NCBI GenBank assembly: GCA_030141605.1
Contig: JAQGDQ010001799.1
Coordinates: forward strand, 1 to 25,137
DNA length: 25,137 nt
Source: Tubiluchus corallicola
Lineage: Eukaryota; Animalia; Priapulida
Direction: 5' to 3'
In this document: positions 1-12,015 of the stretch, piece after piece
Position numbering within the stretch: the stretch's first letter is position 1
How the letters are laid out: each line of letters begins with the position of its first letter
Made by a program: the position numbers and the translations under genes
The notes under the pieces: generated by a model
Told to the model about the DNA's origin: nothing
What the model saw: the letters and a program-made list of their open reading frames with translations, nothing else
Databases searched by the model: none

Positions 1-1797
1 CTCCAAGGAAATAAAAATAATATGCGACTAACATGGAAAACCATAAATGAAATTACAAACTGTAAAGTGAAAAACCATTTTCAACCTAACAAGTTAACAC
101 AAAATGGTAATGAGTACAATAACCATAAGGATATAAGTGAAATACTAAACCAGTTTTTTAGTAACATAGGTAGCAATATGGCGAGAAAGATACCATACAC
201 TGAACTAAAATTTGATTCTTTTTTGAAGAACCCAGTAAATAGCACATTTTTTATGTACCCTATATTAGAAAATGAAACATGTGTGGAAATCAATAAGTTA
301 AACATTAATAAATCTGCAGGTCCAGAGAATATTCCAATTTATTTTTATAAACTAGCTGTCAGCATTATTACACATACTTAACGACACTTTATAATAAATC
401 GATTACTGATGGCATATTTCCTAACATTTTAAAACTAGCGAAAGTAATTCCAATTTATAAGTCTGAATCACCTGAAAATCCCACCAACTATAGACCTATA
501 TCTTTACTCTCACCGGTTGCCAAAATATTTGAAAAACTCATCTTTATCCGGCTTGACAAATTCATTTCAACAAACAAAATACTATCAGAACACCAATTTG
601 GTTTCAGGAAAAATCATTCTACTGCCTTAGCTGTATCTGAACTAACCGATAGAATTCTTAATAATATTGACAAAAATGTATTTGTGTGTGGCATCTTCCT
701 AGATCTGTCCAAGGCTTTTGACACTGTACAACATAATATATTACTCCAAAAAATGAAACATTATGGTATTAGAGGACTATCCCAAAATTTCTTTGCATCT
801 TACTTGCACAACAGACAACAGTACACTTCCATTGGAGATACTAGCTCAAATCTAACTACTATAACATGTGGAGTACCACAAGGCTCTACTCTAGGCCCGA
901 TATTGTTTCTTTTGTACATAAATGATCTTGTAAACTGTTCAAACTTCCACACTAGAATGTTTGCAGATGACACTAATCTATTCTTAACAGATACAAAGAT
1001 AATTAATTTACAAACTTCAGTTAACAGTGAATTGCATAAGATTAATCAGTGGATGAAAGCTAACAAACTGTCTATTAACTATAAAAAGACAAAATACATG
1101 CTGATTACGCCTGGCCGCAAAACAGACGCATATGAAAATTTCCAGATTTCAATGAATAATCAAATATTAACTAGGTCTAAAGAAATTAAATACCTCGGTA
1201 TGTTCATTGATGATAACTTAACATGGTCTACACAAACAAAACACATAACCTACAAAATTAGCAAAATCAAGGGCATAATTTGCGAGGATAAGACACTACG
1301 TAAATACAGATGTACTAAAACTAATATACCATGCTTTGGTTTATTCTTATCTTCACTATGGGATTCTTTCCTGGGGCACTGCATCTTCAAATACCTTAAA
1401 ACCGATACAAACTCATCAAAACATTATAGTTAAGCTGATGACATTTTCTGGTAGACGGGAACATGCAACGCCATCCTACATTAAATTGGGCCTCTTAAAA
1501 CTGAATGATATCTACAAACTCGAGCTTGCAAAATTTGTATACAAATTTAAGAATAACTTACTACCAGAATTGTTTCTAAATTACTATACGCCAGCATCCG
1601 ATATTCACAGTTACAACACTAGGTTTTCTACTAACAGTTCTTTCTTTATCGAACGATTTAATACATCTAAGGGTCAAACGTCGTTAAAATATCAGGGATC
1701 AGTATTATGGAACTCTCTACCTGCTCATATAACTTCTTTACCTCTGCATTCGCTAAAAAAACAGTACGCTAAGGCACTTCTTGAAGCTTACAAATAA
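1..1797 (+). pseudogene. Non-LTR retrotransposon (CR1/L2-type LINE) ORF2: reverse transcriptase and C-terminal region, two 1-bp frameshifts, 5' part outside window
   Basis: Three frames join into one protein: KSAGPENIP, FPNILKLAKVIPIYK, NYRPISLL, QFGFR, FLDLSKAFDTV, GVPQGSTLGP, catalytic FADD (960-971), KYLG, LHYGILSWG, HSYNTR. A 1-nt deletion lies at ~372-374 and a 1-nt insertion at ~1284. No in-frame stops seen; stop at 1795-1797. Confidence 0.95.
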
Positions 1798-2165
1798 ATC
1801 AGTTTTTTTGTCTGTTAGATGTACATTCTTATGGTAACTTTTGCTTAAAAACATTTTTATGAGGTGCAAACTCACTTTTTCGCTGCTGTATTTTTGTTTT
1901 TGTATTTCTGTACGTTTGTGTATTTATTAGATGTATTTATCAGAAACAATTGTAAGGTATTTTGCTTAGTAGTTCGTAAATTTGTCATGGTTTTTGATTT
2001 TTGTCTTTTGCTGTTGTATTTTTGTTTTTTGTATTTCTGCACGTTTATGTATTTTTTAATATAGCTGTGTCTACTGTCCTTAGCGTCCTTTTGTTTACTG
2101 TCCTTTGAGAAGGGTGGTTGACTCGATAACCTTTGGTTTTTCGCCACCCTTTCTCCTATGTTACC
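1798..2165 (+). mobile_element. 3' UTR of the LINE with stem-loop, truncated before the polyA signal and tail
   Basis: T-rich sequence after the stop, with an internal ~50-bp duplication (1881-1930 vs 2010-2059). Hairpin gagaagggtgg...ccaccctttctc (~2107-2155) resembles CR1/L2 3' recognition stems. Confidence 0.7.
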
Positions 2166-2852
2166 ATTTTCATTTATATAAATTTTGCTTACTGTTGAAA
2201 AGCCTAGGTCGTGAGCAGAGTTGATTCGTTTCCTGGCTGCATATACTTTGTCACGGATGTCGCGTCGTACAAACTTGACGATAATTGCTGGAGCACTACC
2301 AGATCTTGTCTTTTGCAGTCGATGCGAAGTAGCAATATCTTCAGGAGCTATTTGTACACCAATGACATCACAAAGCCTTTTGATAATGGTGTTAGTAGAT
2401 TCATGCTCAATGAAAGGGATACCTGTAATTTCTAGCATGTCACGCCTCTCGTATTGTTCAAGGTCATTCACAGATTTTTCAGATGCAGTTATTTTTTTTT
2501 CTAGTTTGCTTATTGTACATTTCAGTATTTTGTTTTCCTCTTCTAGATTTCTCATTTTTTCCTCATTTTGCTTATTCTGTTCTTGCAAATCTTCATATTG
2601 TTTTGAAATAAATTCCTGACTTTTCACAAGTCCGCCTATTTGTCTGTTTACTTCTGTAAGTTTTGAATCTATAGATGCTGAATTGTCATAAATCCTCTTA
2701 CCCAATCGTTCCTCCATTGCTGTCAGTCGTTTTTCAAAAGCGGAAAGAAGTGCCTGTGCTGTATCCTCGTTTAAGCTGCTATTAGATGAGGCCATATTAC
2801 TCCCAGTGTCACTATCTGTAGCTGTATGTGACTTTTTACGAGTATTTACCAT
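2166..2852 (-). pseudogene. LINE ORF1 protein (coiled coil plus RRM-like, L1-ORF1/FP25K-like class), truncated after IYINEN
   Basis: ATG at 2852 in gcaATGg context (MVNTRKK). Heptad-rich coiled coil, then DLEQYERRDMLEITGIP, IATSHRL, PAIIVKFVRR and IYINEN motifs typical of this ORF1 class. The frame reads through the junction to 1872. Confidence 0.88.
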
Positions 2853-3057
2853 TGCCAATGTCCATACAGCATACGAGATACGATTGGTAGCCTTTATATT
2901 CACAAAAACGTTTTATGTTGATGTTTATACGTTGATATTTTAGAGTTTTATTAGTCTATAACCAGAAGTAACTTGAAATATTTATGAAATTATCTGCGAG
3001 CAAATTTGTTTTGAACTACCCGCCATTAGCGCCGCTAGCGCCATCTTCAATCGCCAC
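2853..3057 (-). promoter_or_regulatory. LINE 5' UTR / internal promoter
   Basis: GC-richer terminus with AAGATGGCG (YY1-type motif, 3039-3047 on -) directly upstream of ORF1. The exact 5' end is approximate. Confidence 0.55.
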
Positions 3058-3229
3058 CAGTAAATGTGGAGAAGTCAAGCAGTGTGTGCCACAGAAGGGA
3101 GATCTGGATCATCTGGTATTGGTTCTACTTCTAACTTATTCCATAACAGATGTATAGGACTACATGGCCAAACTATAGTTCCTTTTCCATTTTTTAGATA
3201 TTTCTTTCCTATGGTGACCAAGTCTTGAG

Positions 3230-3452
3230 ATGCTCTATACCAGCACCAGGGGTGTGTGCCAGAATTGCTCATTTGAGCAAGCTATCTTATCTGGTTGGGT
3301 ATCAGACAGAGGAATCTTTCTGCCGAATAACATTCCTATTATAGATACTGCTGGCCTTCAGAAATGGTCAACGTATTCCTACAAAGACATCGTCAAAGAA
3401 ATTGTAGCTTTATACGTGTCTGGAGATGAAATGCCAAGAAATGTTCAGGCAG
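3230..3452 (+). CDS. THNSL2: Threonine synthase-like 2, first coding exon
   Basis: MLYTSTRG...SFEQAILSG...DRGIFLP matches the threonine synthase N-terminal domain. Upstream acceptor ttttttag ends at 3197; donor AG|GTTGGT follows 3452 (phase 1). Confidence 0.88.
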
Positions 3453-3777
3453 GTTGGTAACTTGGTAACTTCTGTTAAATATGTTTGCTGAACTGCATTT
3501 CGTTTTTTGAAAAATTGCCTCGTTTAAATATATTGTAAGCACGTTATTATGTATTTCTTTATTTCCTAATATTGTTGCATTTTATGCCACATCCATAATT
3601 ATTCTGATGTCAATTGCACAAGCCATTAATATCAATGTTTTACTTTTATTACTCAATATTTTACTGTGTAGCATTTAAGTCATCATAGCAAACCTGTGTG
3701 TTTTCAAAATAAAATTTTTACTACCAGTCCAGCAGCTTTTACCAAAAAAAAGAAAAAAATTTTTACTTGTTTTTCAG

Positions 3778-3972
3778 ATCTAATAGATGCAGCATTCGCC
3801 CGAATATCGCTACCTGAAATCGTCAGAAATATGAAACTGAAAGATGAGCTCAATGTGCTAGAATTGTTTCACGGGCCAACTCTTGCTTTCAAAGACTTGT
3901 CGATGCTATGTCTTGGCAATTTCATCAATTATTTTTTGGATAAAAATGACAAGCGCCTGATAGTTCTTGTTG
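3778..3972 (+). CDS. THNSL2: Threonine synthase-like 2, second coding exon (PLP-lysine motif)
   Basis: Acceptor ttttcag|, phase-compatible with exon 1 (G+AT=Asp). Encodes VLELFHGPTLAFKDL. Donor G|GTAAGC falls just before the expected (G/A)TSGDTG motif. Confidence 0.92.
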
Positions 3973-5816
3973 GTAAGCAACTTACTTTCTGTATTGTTCA
4001 TATAAAAAAAATATAATGTAATAAAAATATTCATGTAATAAAAATATAACTGTTATAAATGCTTCCATTGTTTGTAAGAAAGTTTCATGCAAGGATCTTA
4101 GAATTAGGTTAATGGTCTTACAGTTAACTTTGCACAGTCAGGAAGGTAGTTGCATGAACACATGTTTTTTTTTTGTAAAAAGTATCTGGTACACAAGGGA
4201 CTGTGTGCTAAATCTGCTATAGAAACTTTGGCTGTCATAGATCTGTAATTTATACATTGAGTAACAGTGTTTTTTTTTTGGTTAAGCACCTGTAATGACT
4301 AGGAATGTTTGTAAAATAAGGAATGTGCTATGTTGAAAGAAACTAAGGAATCCATAAACTCGCGTAATGTGCATGGACTTAGTAATTGTTATGCATTGGT
4401 AGTTTTTCTGTTTTGTCAATATAAAGTTTTTTACTTTGCAGAGCAGCAGCCATTTTACATGAAATTAAAACCTCGAGTAGCCAAAAAATGACTTTTTAAT
4501 TATAATAGAATGTAGAGACGAAGTTTCAAAGCACTACAAAATGCAGAGACACGTGTAAAGAAACTAAGCCAGTTAACCTTGTTTTAAAATTAATGAGCAT
4601 GAAGTCCCTCTTGTCTTTGAATGTACTAACATATCATGCCTGTATTTTTCCTATATTTAACTGATCATGTGCTCGTTTGCAAAATTTATCCAGTTTTTGT
4701 ATTTTTCCATTTGTTAGGCTACAGAAATGGAATAAAATTGATTGTTTCATTCCATAGATGACCCTTATATCGACTGAACGAGTTGTATAAGTCCCAATGG
4801 CATCTTTTAACCATGATTATAAGCAGAAAAATAATGGCAAAATTAGCTAATATTACACTGATATATAATATAAATTTTGATCACATTTGAATTAATTCTA
4901 CTTAGAGCAAACCACTTGGAGATGCATAGGTTATAATTTTTACATGCGGGTTAACCTTGAATCATACCTCCTAACTCGGGCTTCTATGATCTGAAGTTAT
5001 GAATTTCTTCTCAACTCTGTTCAGGTAGGGCATTTGACATTTGCAAATATTAAAGCAGTGTCATATAACCGGCCTAACCTCGTTCGCTTAATTCATCCTT
5101 TTTTAAAGTTAATCAAATAGTTGTTTTTATCTAACTTGCAACGTAATAAACTAAACTATACTGCGTATTTTATTGACAGAAAAACGGTTTAATCACTAAC
5201 TCATAGATGTAAGCTTTATGCATTTCTTCCTAGAATAAACGAAATTAGACTATATATTTCCACTAAGTCACTCGCAATTTCAATCGACAATAATAAAATC
5301 TAGAACCAGGCCAATATTTCTCCCGCTATCTAGTGAAAAGTTGAACATTTTTCATAACAATATTAGACGCAGCTACAGCTAAAAGTCCTGAACGCACCTG
5401 CATTAATTAAGCTCTACAGGGGTGCGAAAAATCTTGCACGCTGATTTCACGTCAATTATTGCCCAGCAAACAATCTGCCAAATGTGATTCTGACCTCATC
5501 GATCGATCCGTCTCGTCTCAAGTTAGGCTGTAGTCATCTAGGTGCTTGCATGTTCTAAAACGAGCACGTCCCACCTGCACTCCTGTACACCACAACAGCC
5601 TACAAAGCATCACCCTTAAATCTAGTTGTATTTGCAAAATCTTTCTGCAGTATATCTATATATGTCAGTAGTTAACTCTCTCTCTACTTTTTTGTCACTT
5701 CAAGAGCTTTTCAATAGCTTCAAGAGGACGTAACTAACGCTGTAGGAAGAGGAGATTCTTGAAGCAGTCTTAGTGTATGCCCAATCCAATGCAATCCTCT
5801 TACTTGTATTTGTTTA

Positions 5817-6081
5817 CTCCAAGGAAATAAAAATAATATGCGACTAACATGGAAAACCATAAATGAAATTACAAACTGTAAAGTGAAAAACCATTTTCAA
5901 CCTAACAAGTTAACACAAAATGGTAATGAGTACAATAACCATAAGGATATAAGTGAAATACTAAACCAGTTTTTTAGTAACATAGGTAGCAATATGGCGA
6001 GAAAGATACCATACACTGAACTAAAATTTGATTCTTTTTTGAAGAACCCAGTAAATAGCACATTTTTTATGTACCCTATAT
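5817..6081 (+). repeat. 265-bp identical copy of window positions 1-265 (LINE ORF2 fragment)
   Basis: Base-for-base match from ctccaaggaa to gtaccctatat, diverging at 6082. Upstream sequence is not LINE-like. Confidence 0.95.
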
Positions 6082-6901
6082 AGATCATTTAAACTTATTT
6101 CAAGGTACCGTCAAAACGGCTAGGTCTAGCGGTCATCACGGGAGTTTAAATTTCAAGTTTTATACAACGCTACTGCCGACGCAAGCCCTGCATAAAGCAA
6201 GGCAGTATGTAAGTGGTATAAAATTTCAAGACCAATTTTTCAACCTTTATGTAAATGGAGGGTTGTTCTCATATTTTTACTACATCATTGCTTTGTATAT
6301 AAAATTTCTTACAGCTTTTAGTCCTGTATTTTTACCACGAATGTTTTAATACTTTTGATACTTTATTACTGTACTATGAGTGAACAGTAATCTATCGTAA
6401 AGGAAATCTCCAAAACTGCTTACAAATTACTCCGTAAAAGGCCAATAGTATTTGAAAACGTACAACGACAAATTAGTAAATAAAATTTTTACTTAGCCCA
6501 ATCACTGAAATTACTTACATTAACTCAACTGCTTGTTGCTCGCGAATTTTACGACGGTTTTAGCGTGGAAAACTTCAGCCAATCCCATGACAAATAAGGG
6601 TTGCAAGTAATGGCTGCAAGTGTCATGACCCTCTTCTAGCTATTAATCCCGCTAGCTTGTCAAAGACAATTATAAATTACAAATGGCCACTTACCCCGCA
6701 CACGATGTTTCCTTAAAAGTTCAATTTCAAAAGCAAACAGGATTTGAGCGGTCCGTTTATGTTTTGGCTCTTCCACTTGACTGCCGGTGACGTCATAATT
6801 TACGTAATCTCAAATCGTGTTTGTCTGAGACTCGTTTATTAGCGGTACGATACAAGCGACGTTAAGTGATAGAAAATGTGTCAAAATATTCGCATCTTTA
6901 A

Positions 6902-7357
6902 CCCTTTCCGTCCCAATTTTTTTTTAACGAGAAAAATTTTTTTGGCTTGGTACTTTTGTTCAGTATGTTCCTTTTGTTTACACATAATAATTTTTTTTCT
7001 ATCTGTGCCCGTGTGCTAAATATATCCTGTATCCCACGGGATACATTGGGATTCAATGGAAGCATAAAATGTGCTTCATTTTGCAACTGCTGATAATTTA
7101 TTAAAGTATTTAAGACATTTAGTATGCATGCTATGCTGATCTGTACAAAGTCGTCTCTAAAGTACTGTACCTTGCGCAGTTTTTTATGCTATGTAGATTT
7201 TTTAGTTTGCCATTTTATCACCATTTTTAGTCTATTGTTATTGACTTAAATCAAAATAACTATTAACAGATCAAATAACTGTCACTTTTAAAATGTTATT
7301 AGTTTTAAAAGCAGTAAATATTCCCGTATCAAAAGGGATACAACAGGTATGAAAGGG
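6902..7357. mobile_element. Non-autonomous piggyBac-type element (MITE)
   Basis: TTAA|CCCTTTC ... GAAAGGG|TTAA, with TTAA at 6898-6901 and 7358-7361. An internal palindrome tgtatcccacgggataca (~7028-7045) resembles the right subterminal sequence. Confidence 0.75.
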
Positions 7358-7603
7358 TTAAAACGATATGTCATGTGGTAACATGAACCATTAAATATGA
7401 TTTTTTATTTCATTTGCCAAACGTTTGCCCGCACGCCACGTGATTCTAAACATTTTCTGATTGTAAAAAGACGTAGAATTTTGAATTTTCCACAGTATCG
7501 ACGTATTGCTACGACACACATACATGCATATTTTACAGTGCATGTTTTAATATTCATTGGTATTTTTGTTGGGTTTGGACAAGTGTGAATCGTTGCATCA
7601 GTA

Positions 7604-8212
7604 CACACAATATCAAAAACACAATATCAAAAACACAACATCAATAACACAATATCAAAAACACAATATCAAAAACACAATATCAAAAACACAACATCAA
7701 AAACACAATATCAAAAACACAATATCAAAAACACAACATCAAAAACACAATATCAAAAACACAATATCAAAAACACAATATCAAAAACACAATATCAAAA
7801 ACACAATATCAAAAACACAATATCAAAAGACACAACATCAAAAACACAATATCAAAAACACAATATCAAAAGACACAACATCAAAAACACAATATCAAAA
7901 ACACAATATCAAAAACACAATATCAAAAGACACAACATCAATAACACAATATCAAAAACACAATATCAAAAACACAACATCAAAAACACAATATCAAAAA
8001 TACAATATCAAAAACACAATATCAAAAACACAACATCAAAAACACAATATCAAAAACACAACATCAAAAACACAATATCAAAAACACAATATCAAAAACA
8101 CAACATCAAAAACACAATATCAAAAACACAACATCAAAAACACAATATCAAAAACACAATATCAAAAACACAACATCAAAAACACAATATCAAAAACACA
8201 ATATCATAAACA
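7604..8212. repeat. 14-bp minisatellite (ACAATATCAAAAAC), ~43 copies
   Basis: Direct inspection; variants ACAACATC and a few 15-bp units. Confidence 0.97.
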
Positions 8213-8669
8213 CGCAGTTATTAACACATACGTCTATTATGAAAACTCATGTTTAAGAGAAAAAACAGTTTTATCTGCCTGTTGTACGTTGGTCTAATGA
8301 AACATGAATTCACAGTTATTAACTCTGATAGTAAATCATAAACTAGACGTCAAAAATAAAAATTAGCTCAACTGCAATGTTAGTTCAGGTAGCTAACTTA
8401 GCTTACTGCAAGTCTTAATTTAGGCTTTTAAGTTCTTGTGTTGATAATTTGGGACTTAACGCAGCACATATGCGAGGTTTAATGTGTTTCAACGACGTAA
8501 TTTAATTTAGTTAAGCAAATATTGTTAGGAAATGTATAAAATTTAATGCCGTCCAAACTTACGGTCACAGGATACTCAAAAAAGGTATATATTGTAGACT
8601 TCATGAAAAATCAATGTTTAGTACCAGCTTCAAACAATCATAGTTTTACTGTTATCGTTGTTGTTGCTC

Positions 8670-8971
<302 letters not shown>

Positions 8972-9937
8972 TAGTACTAGCTGTTCTGTTTCACAACTTG
9001 ACCGATGGGTCGGAAGTAAAGTCTAATACTTGACAGTTTACTCCAAGATTACACCAGCTTTAAGCACTTCTTTACCCACACAAGTTTAGCTTTGTGCTTT
9101 TGGCTAAAATTATCCGCTGAGAGAGAATTAAATAGAGAAGGCTGAATTTTGTTTTCGATTAGTTAACACGCTTTCACTTTGGGAGGTTATTGAACCGATG
9201 AACTCTTTTAGAGACAATGAAAACTTAGGAGTGTTTTGCAGCAGACGTAGGTAGTTAAAAATTCCGATGCGTGTGTGGGCGTACGTGTATGGGTGCTTAA
9301 TAGCCCGGGTTACGAAATATGAGTGCGACTTTTGCCAGGTCACAGCTTAAACAATACTGTTTATAGCCTTTAACAGAGTCAAATGCGCCTATATAATGAA
9401 AAGTACGTGATTTAGTCCACAATTTTGTAACAGTGTTTAAAGTTTAAACCGTAAAAGTTGTAGCAAGACGCTTTCGGAACCCATTTTTTGTCCATTTGAC
9501 ACTTAGTGCAAGTATATTGCGCAATGTGCAGGTATTACGCTTTCCAATTGTAAATCTGTACTATGAAATTTAGAATTTAATATTGGCATTATACTACAAT
9601 TACAAACATTACTTTATAGCTATAGAGCTAAAACACTCATAAGAAATAACATGTTTATATAATTTTAGTATAATTATAGTTAGTGTATCATTAAGAAATA
9701 ATAAATAATCTTATCAATATTTACATGTTAGCACTATTTACTTCTTTTTTTAAAACACTTAAAAAGATATTGGGCCTCTGTTTTGGTTAATACACAGTCG
9801 TTACCCGCAATTGAAAAAAATACAGCGCACTTGGAGAGAATAATTGGTCTATTTCTGCACTCTACATATAAATTATCATTATGGTATCATTACCTAAAAT
9901 TACCTATCATTATCGTTATCATTAGCTAAAATCGTAT

Positions 9938-10357
9938 GTCAAATGTAGACCTACGTTAACTGAAATGTAGATTTAGGTAGTTCAAATGTGTCTTGGTAAC
10001 TCAAATGTAGACTTAGGTGGTTTAAATGTGTTAACAATGCTTTTCAACAAATCTTATTAGGCTGAAATAAAGCGTCTTCTTGCAAATATTAGAGAAAATC
10101 TTCTAGTGCAGAATCACGGTCAGAGAATGGCAATATTAGCTCAGTTGGCAGAACAGTCTGTTAATATCATAACGGCCGCAGATGCAGGCCATTTTGTAAT
10201 TTGTGCTTAAATGAGTTAAATACCGATTTATTCAAAGTACCGAATTACATTTGACTTACCTAAGTCACATTTTAGTTACCAAAACACATTCGAAATTCCT
10301 ATGTCTACATTTGACTTACCTAAGTCACATTTGAACTTTCCTGTGTCTACATTTGAC
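9938..10357. mobile_element. Foldback-like non-autonomous DNA element with modular inverted arms
   Basis: Left arm (~9938-10030) has ~21-bp subrepeats like caaatgtagacttaggt. Right arm (~10247-10357) has the reverse complement. Ends are gtcaaatgtagac / gtctacatttgac. No TSD recognised. Confidence 0.7.
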
Positions 10358-10847
10358 GTGTAAAACCTATAAAAACGTAAGAAAAGAAAAAAATGAAAAA
10401 CACAGGAGAGGCAATGAGTATTACATATTATTTATAGACAGCGCTGTTATATATTAAATTAGTCAGCTTAAAAAAAGTTTAACACAAACCGTGGACTCTT
10501 TGTCCAATTTCAAAAACTTCATGTGACGTGTCATTGCTACCGACCCTCCTGGTACAAGCGCAATTATTTTTACTTAATTAGTACTTTTAATTAGTGACGA
10601 GCATTGACAACACATTGGTACTAAGAAAATCTGTAACTTCCTGCAGATTTAAGCAAGGTGGCGGTGCGTCTCATTGCGTGTAATTTGTAGCTGTAATATT
10701 CGTGAGAGCGCGGCGCTTGTAATCATGGTGTAATAAATTACATAATAAGCATTGTCATCAGAAAACGGAACATGTCATTACGGCTGTTGTTAAACAGTTC
10801 ATTTAGTAGGTTAATTAAGGTTAAAGCAAGGATAAGACATCGTGAGA

Positions 10848-11099
10848 GTCATTGATTCTGACTAGATGGGACATCTCACACAAAGGTTCCTGCTATTGAA
10901 ACAGCAAACGTCAGCGAATTACTCTCAAATACTTCAACACATTCGGAAGTGGTGCTGACAATCCACTCGCATAGTCATTGATTCTGACTAGATGGGACAT
11001 CTCACACAAAGGTTGCTGCTATTGAAACAGCAAACGTCTGCAAATTACTATCAAATACTTCAACACTGTCGGAAGTGGTTCTGACAATCCACTGACATG
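10848..11099. repeat. 126-bp tandem duplication (2 copies)
   Basis: gtcattgattctgactagatggg starts at 10848 and 10974. Confidence 0.93.
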
Positions 11100-12015
11100 G
11101 CAATGTCTAGTTTTTCTGCTGGATTACTGCTGTGTCTACCCCTGGTGCTGACAATCCACTGGCATAGCAATGTCTAGTTTTTCTGCTGGATTACTGCTGT
11201 GTCTACCCCTGGTGCTGGCAATCCACTGGCATAGCAATGTCTAGTTTTTCTGCTGGATTACTGCTGTGTCTACCCCTGGTGCTGACAATCCACTGACATA
11301 GCAATGTCAAGTTTTTCTGCTGTATTACTGCTGTGTCTACCCCTGGTGCTGGCAATCCACTGGCATAGCAATGTCTAGTTTTTCTGCTGGATTACTGCTG
11401 TGTCTACCCCTGGTGCTGGCAATCCACTGGCATAGCAATGTCTAGTTTTTCTGCTGGATTACTGCTGTGTCTACCCCTGGTGCTGACAGTCCACTGGCAT
11501 AGCAATGTCTAGTTTTTCTGCTGGATTACTGCTGTGTCTACCCCTGGTGCTGACAATCCACTGACATAGCAATGTCTAGTTTTTCTGCTGGATTACTGCT
11601 GTGTCTACCCCTGGTGCTGACAATCCACTGGCATAGCAATGTCTAGTTTTTTTGCTGGATTACTGTTGTGTCTACCCCTGGTGCTGACAATCTACTGGCA
11701 TAGCAATGTCTAGTTTTTTTGCTGGATTACTGCTGTGTCTACCCCTGGTGCTGACAATCCACTGACATAGCAATGTCTAGTTTTTCTGCTGGATTACTGC
11801 TGTGTCTACCCCTGGTGCTGACAGTCCACTGGCATAGCAATGTCTAGTTTTTCTGCTGGATTACTGCTGTGTCTACCCCCGGTGCTGACAATCCACTGGC
11901 ATAGCAATGTCTAGTTTTTCTGCTGGATTACTGCTGTGTCTACCCCCGGTGCTGACAATCCACTGACATAGCAATGTCTAGTTTTTCTGCTGGATTACTG
12001 CTGTGTCTACCCCTG
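11080..12015. repeat. 67-bp minisatellite, ~14 highly similar copies
   Basis: Unit gctgacaatccactggcatagcaatgtctagtttttctgctggattactgctgtgtctacccctggt; period checked at 11214 and 11281. Confidence 0.97.

Noticed and set aside
3240-3253. 14-nt match between THNSL2 exon (ccagcaccaggggt) and minus strand of the 67-bp unit
   Set aside because: Too short to distinguish from chance.
6106-6848. Possible TA-flanked TIR pair (taccgtcaaaacgg / cgtttattagcggta)
   Set aside because: Match too weak.
7557-8297. 246-aa repetitive ORF
   Set aside because: Produced by a stop-free 14-bp repeat cycling through frames; no coding evidence.
11080-12015. CRISPR-like or coding interpretation of the 67-bp array (also the 59-bp array)
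   Set aside because: No unique spacers or cas genes, eukaryotic context; unit lengths are not multiples of 3 and the 67-bp + frames contain stops.
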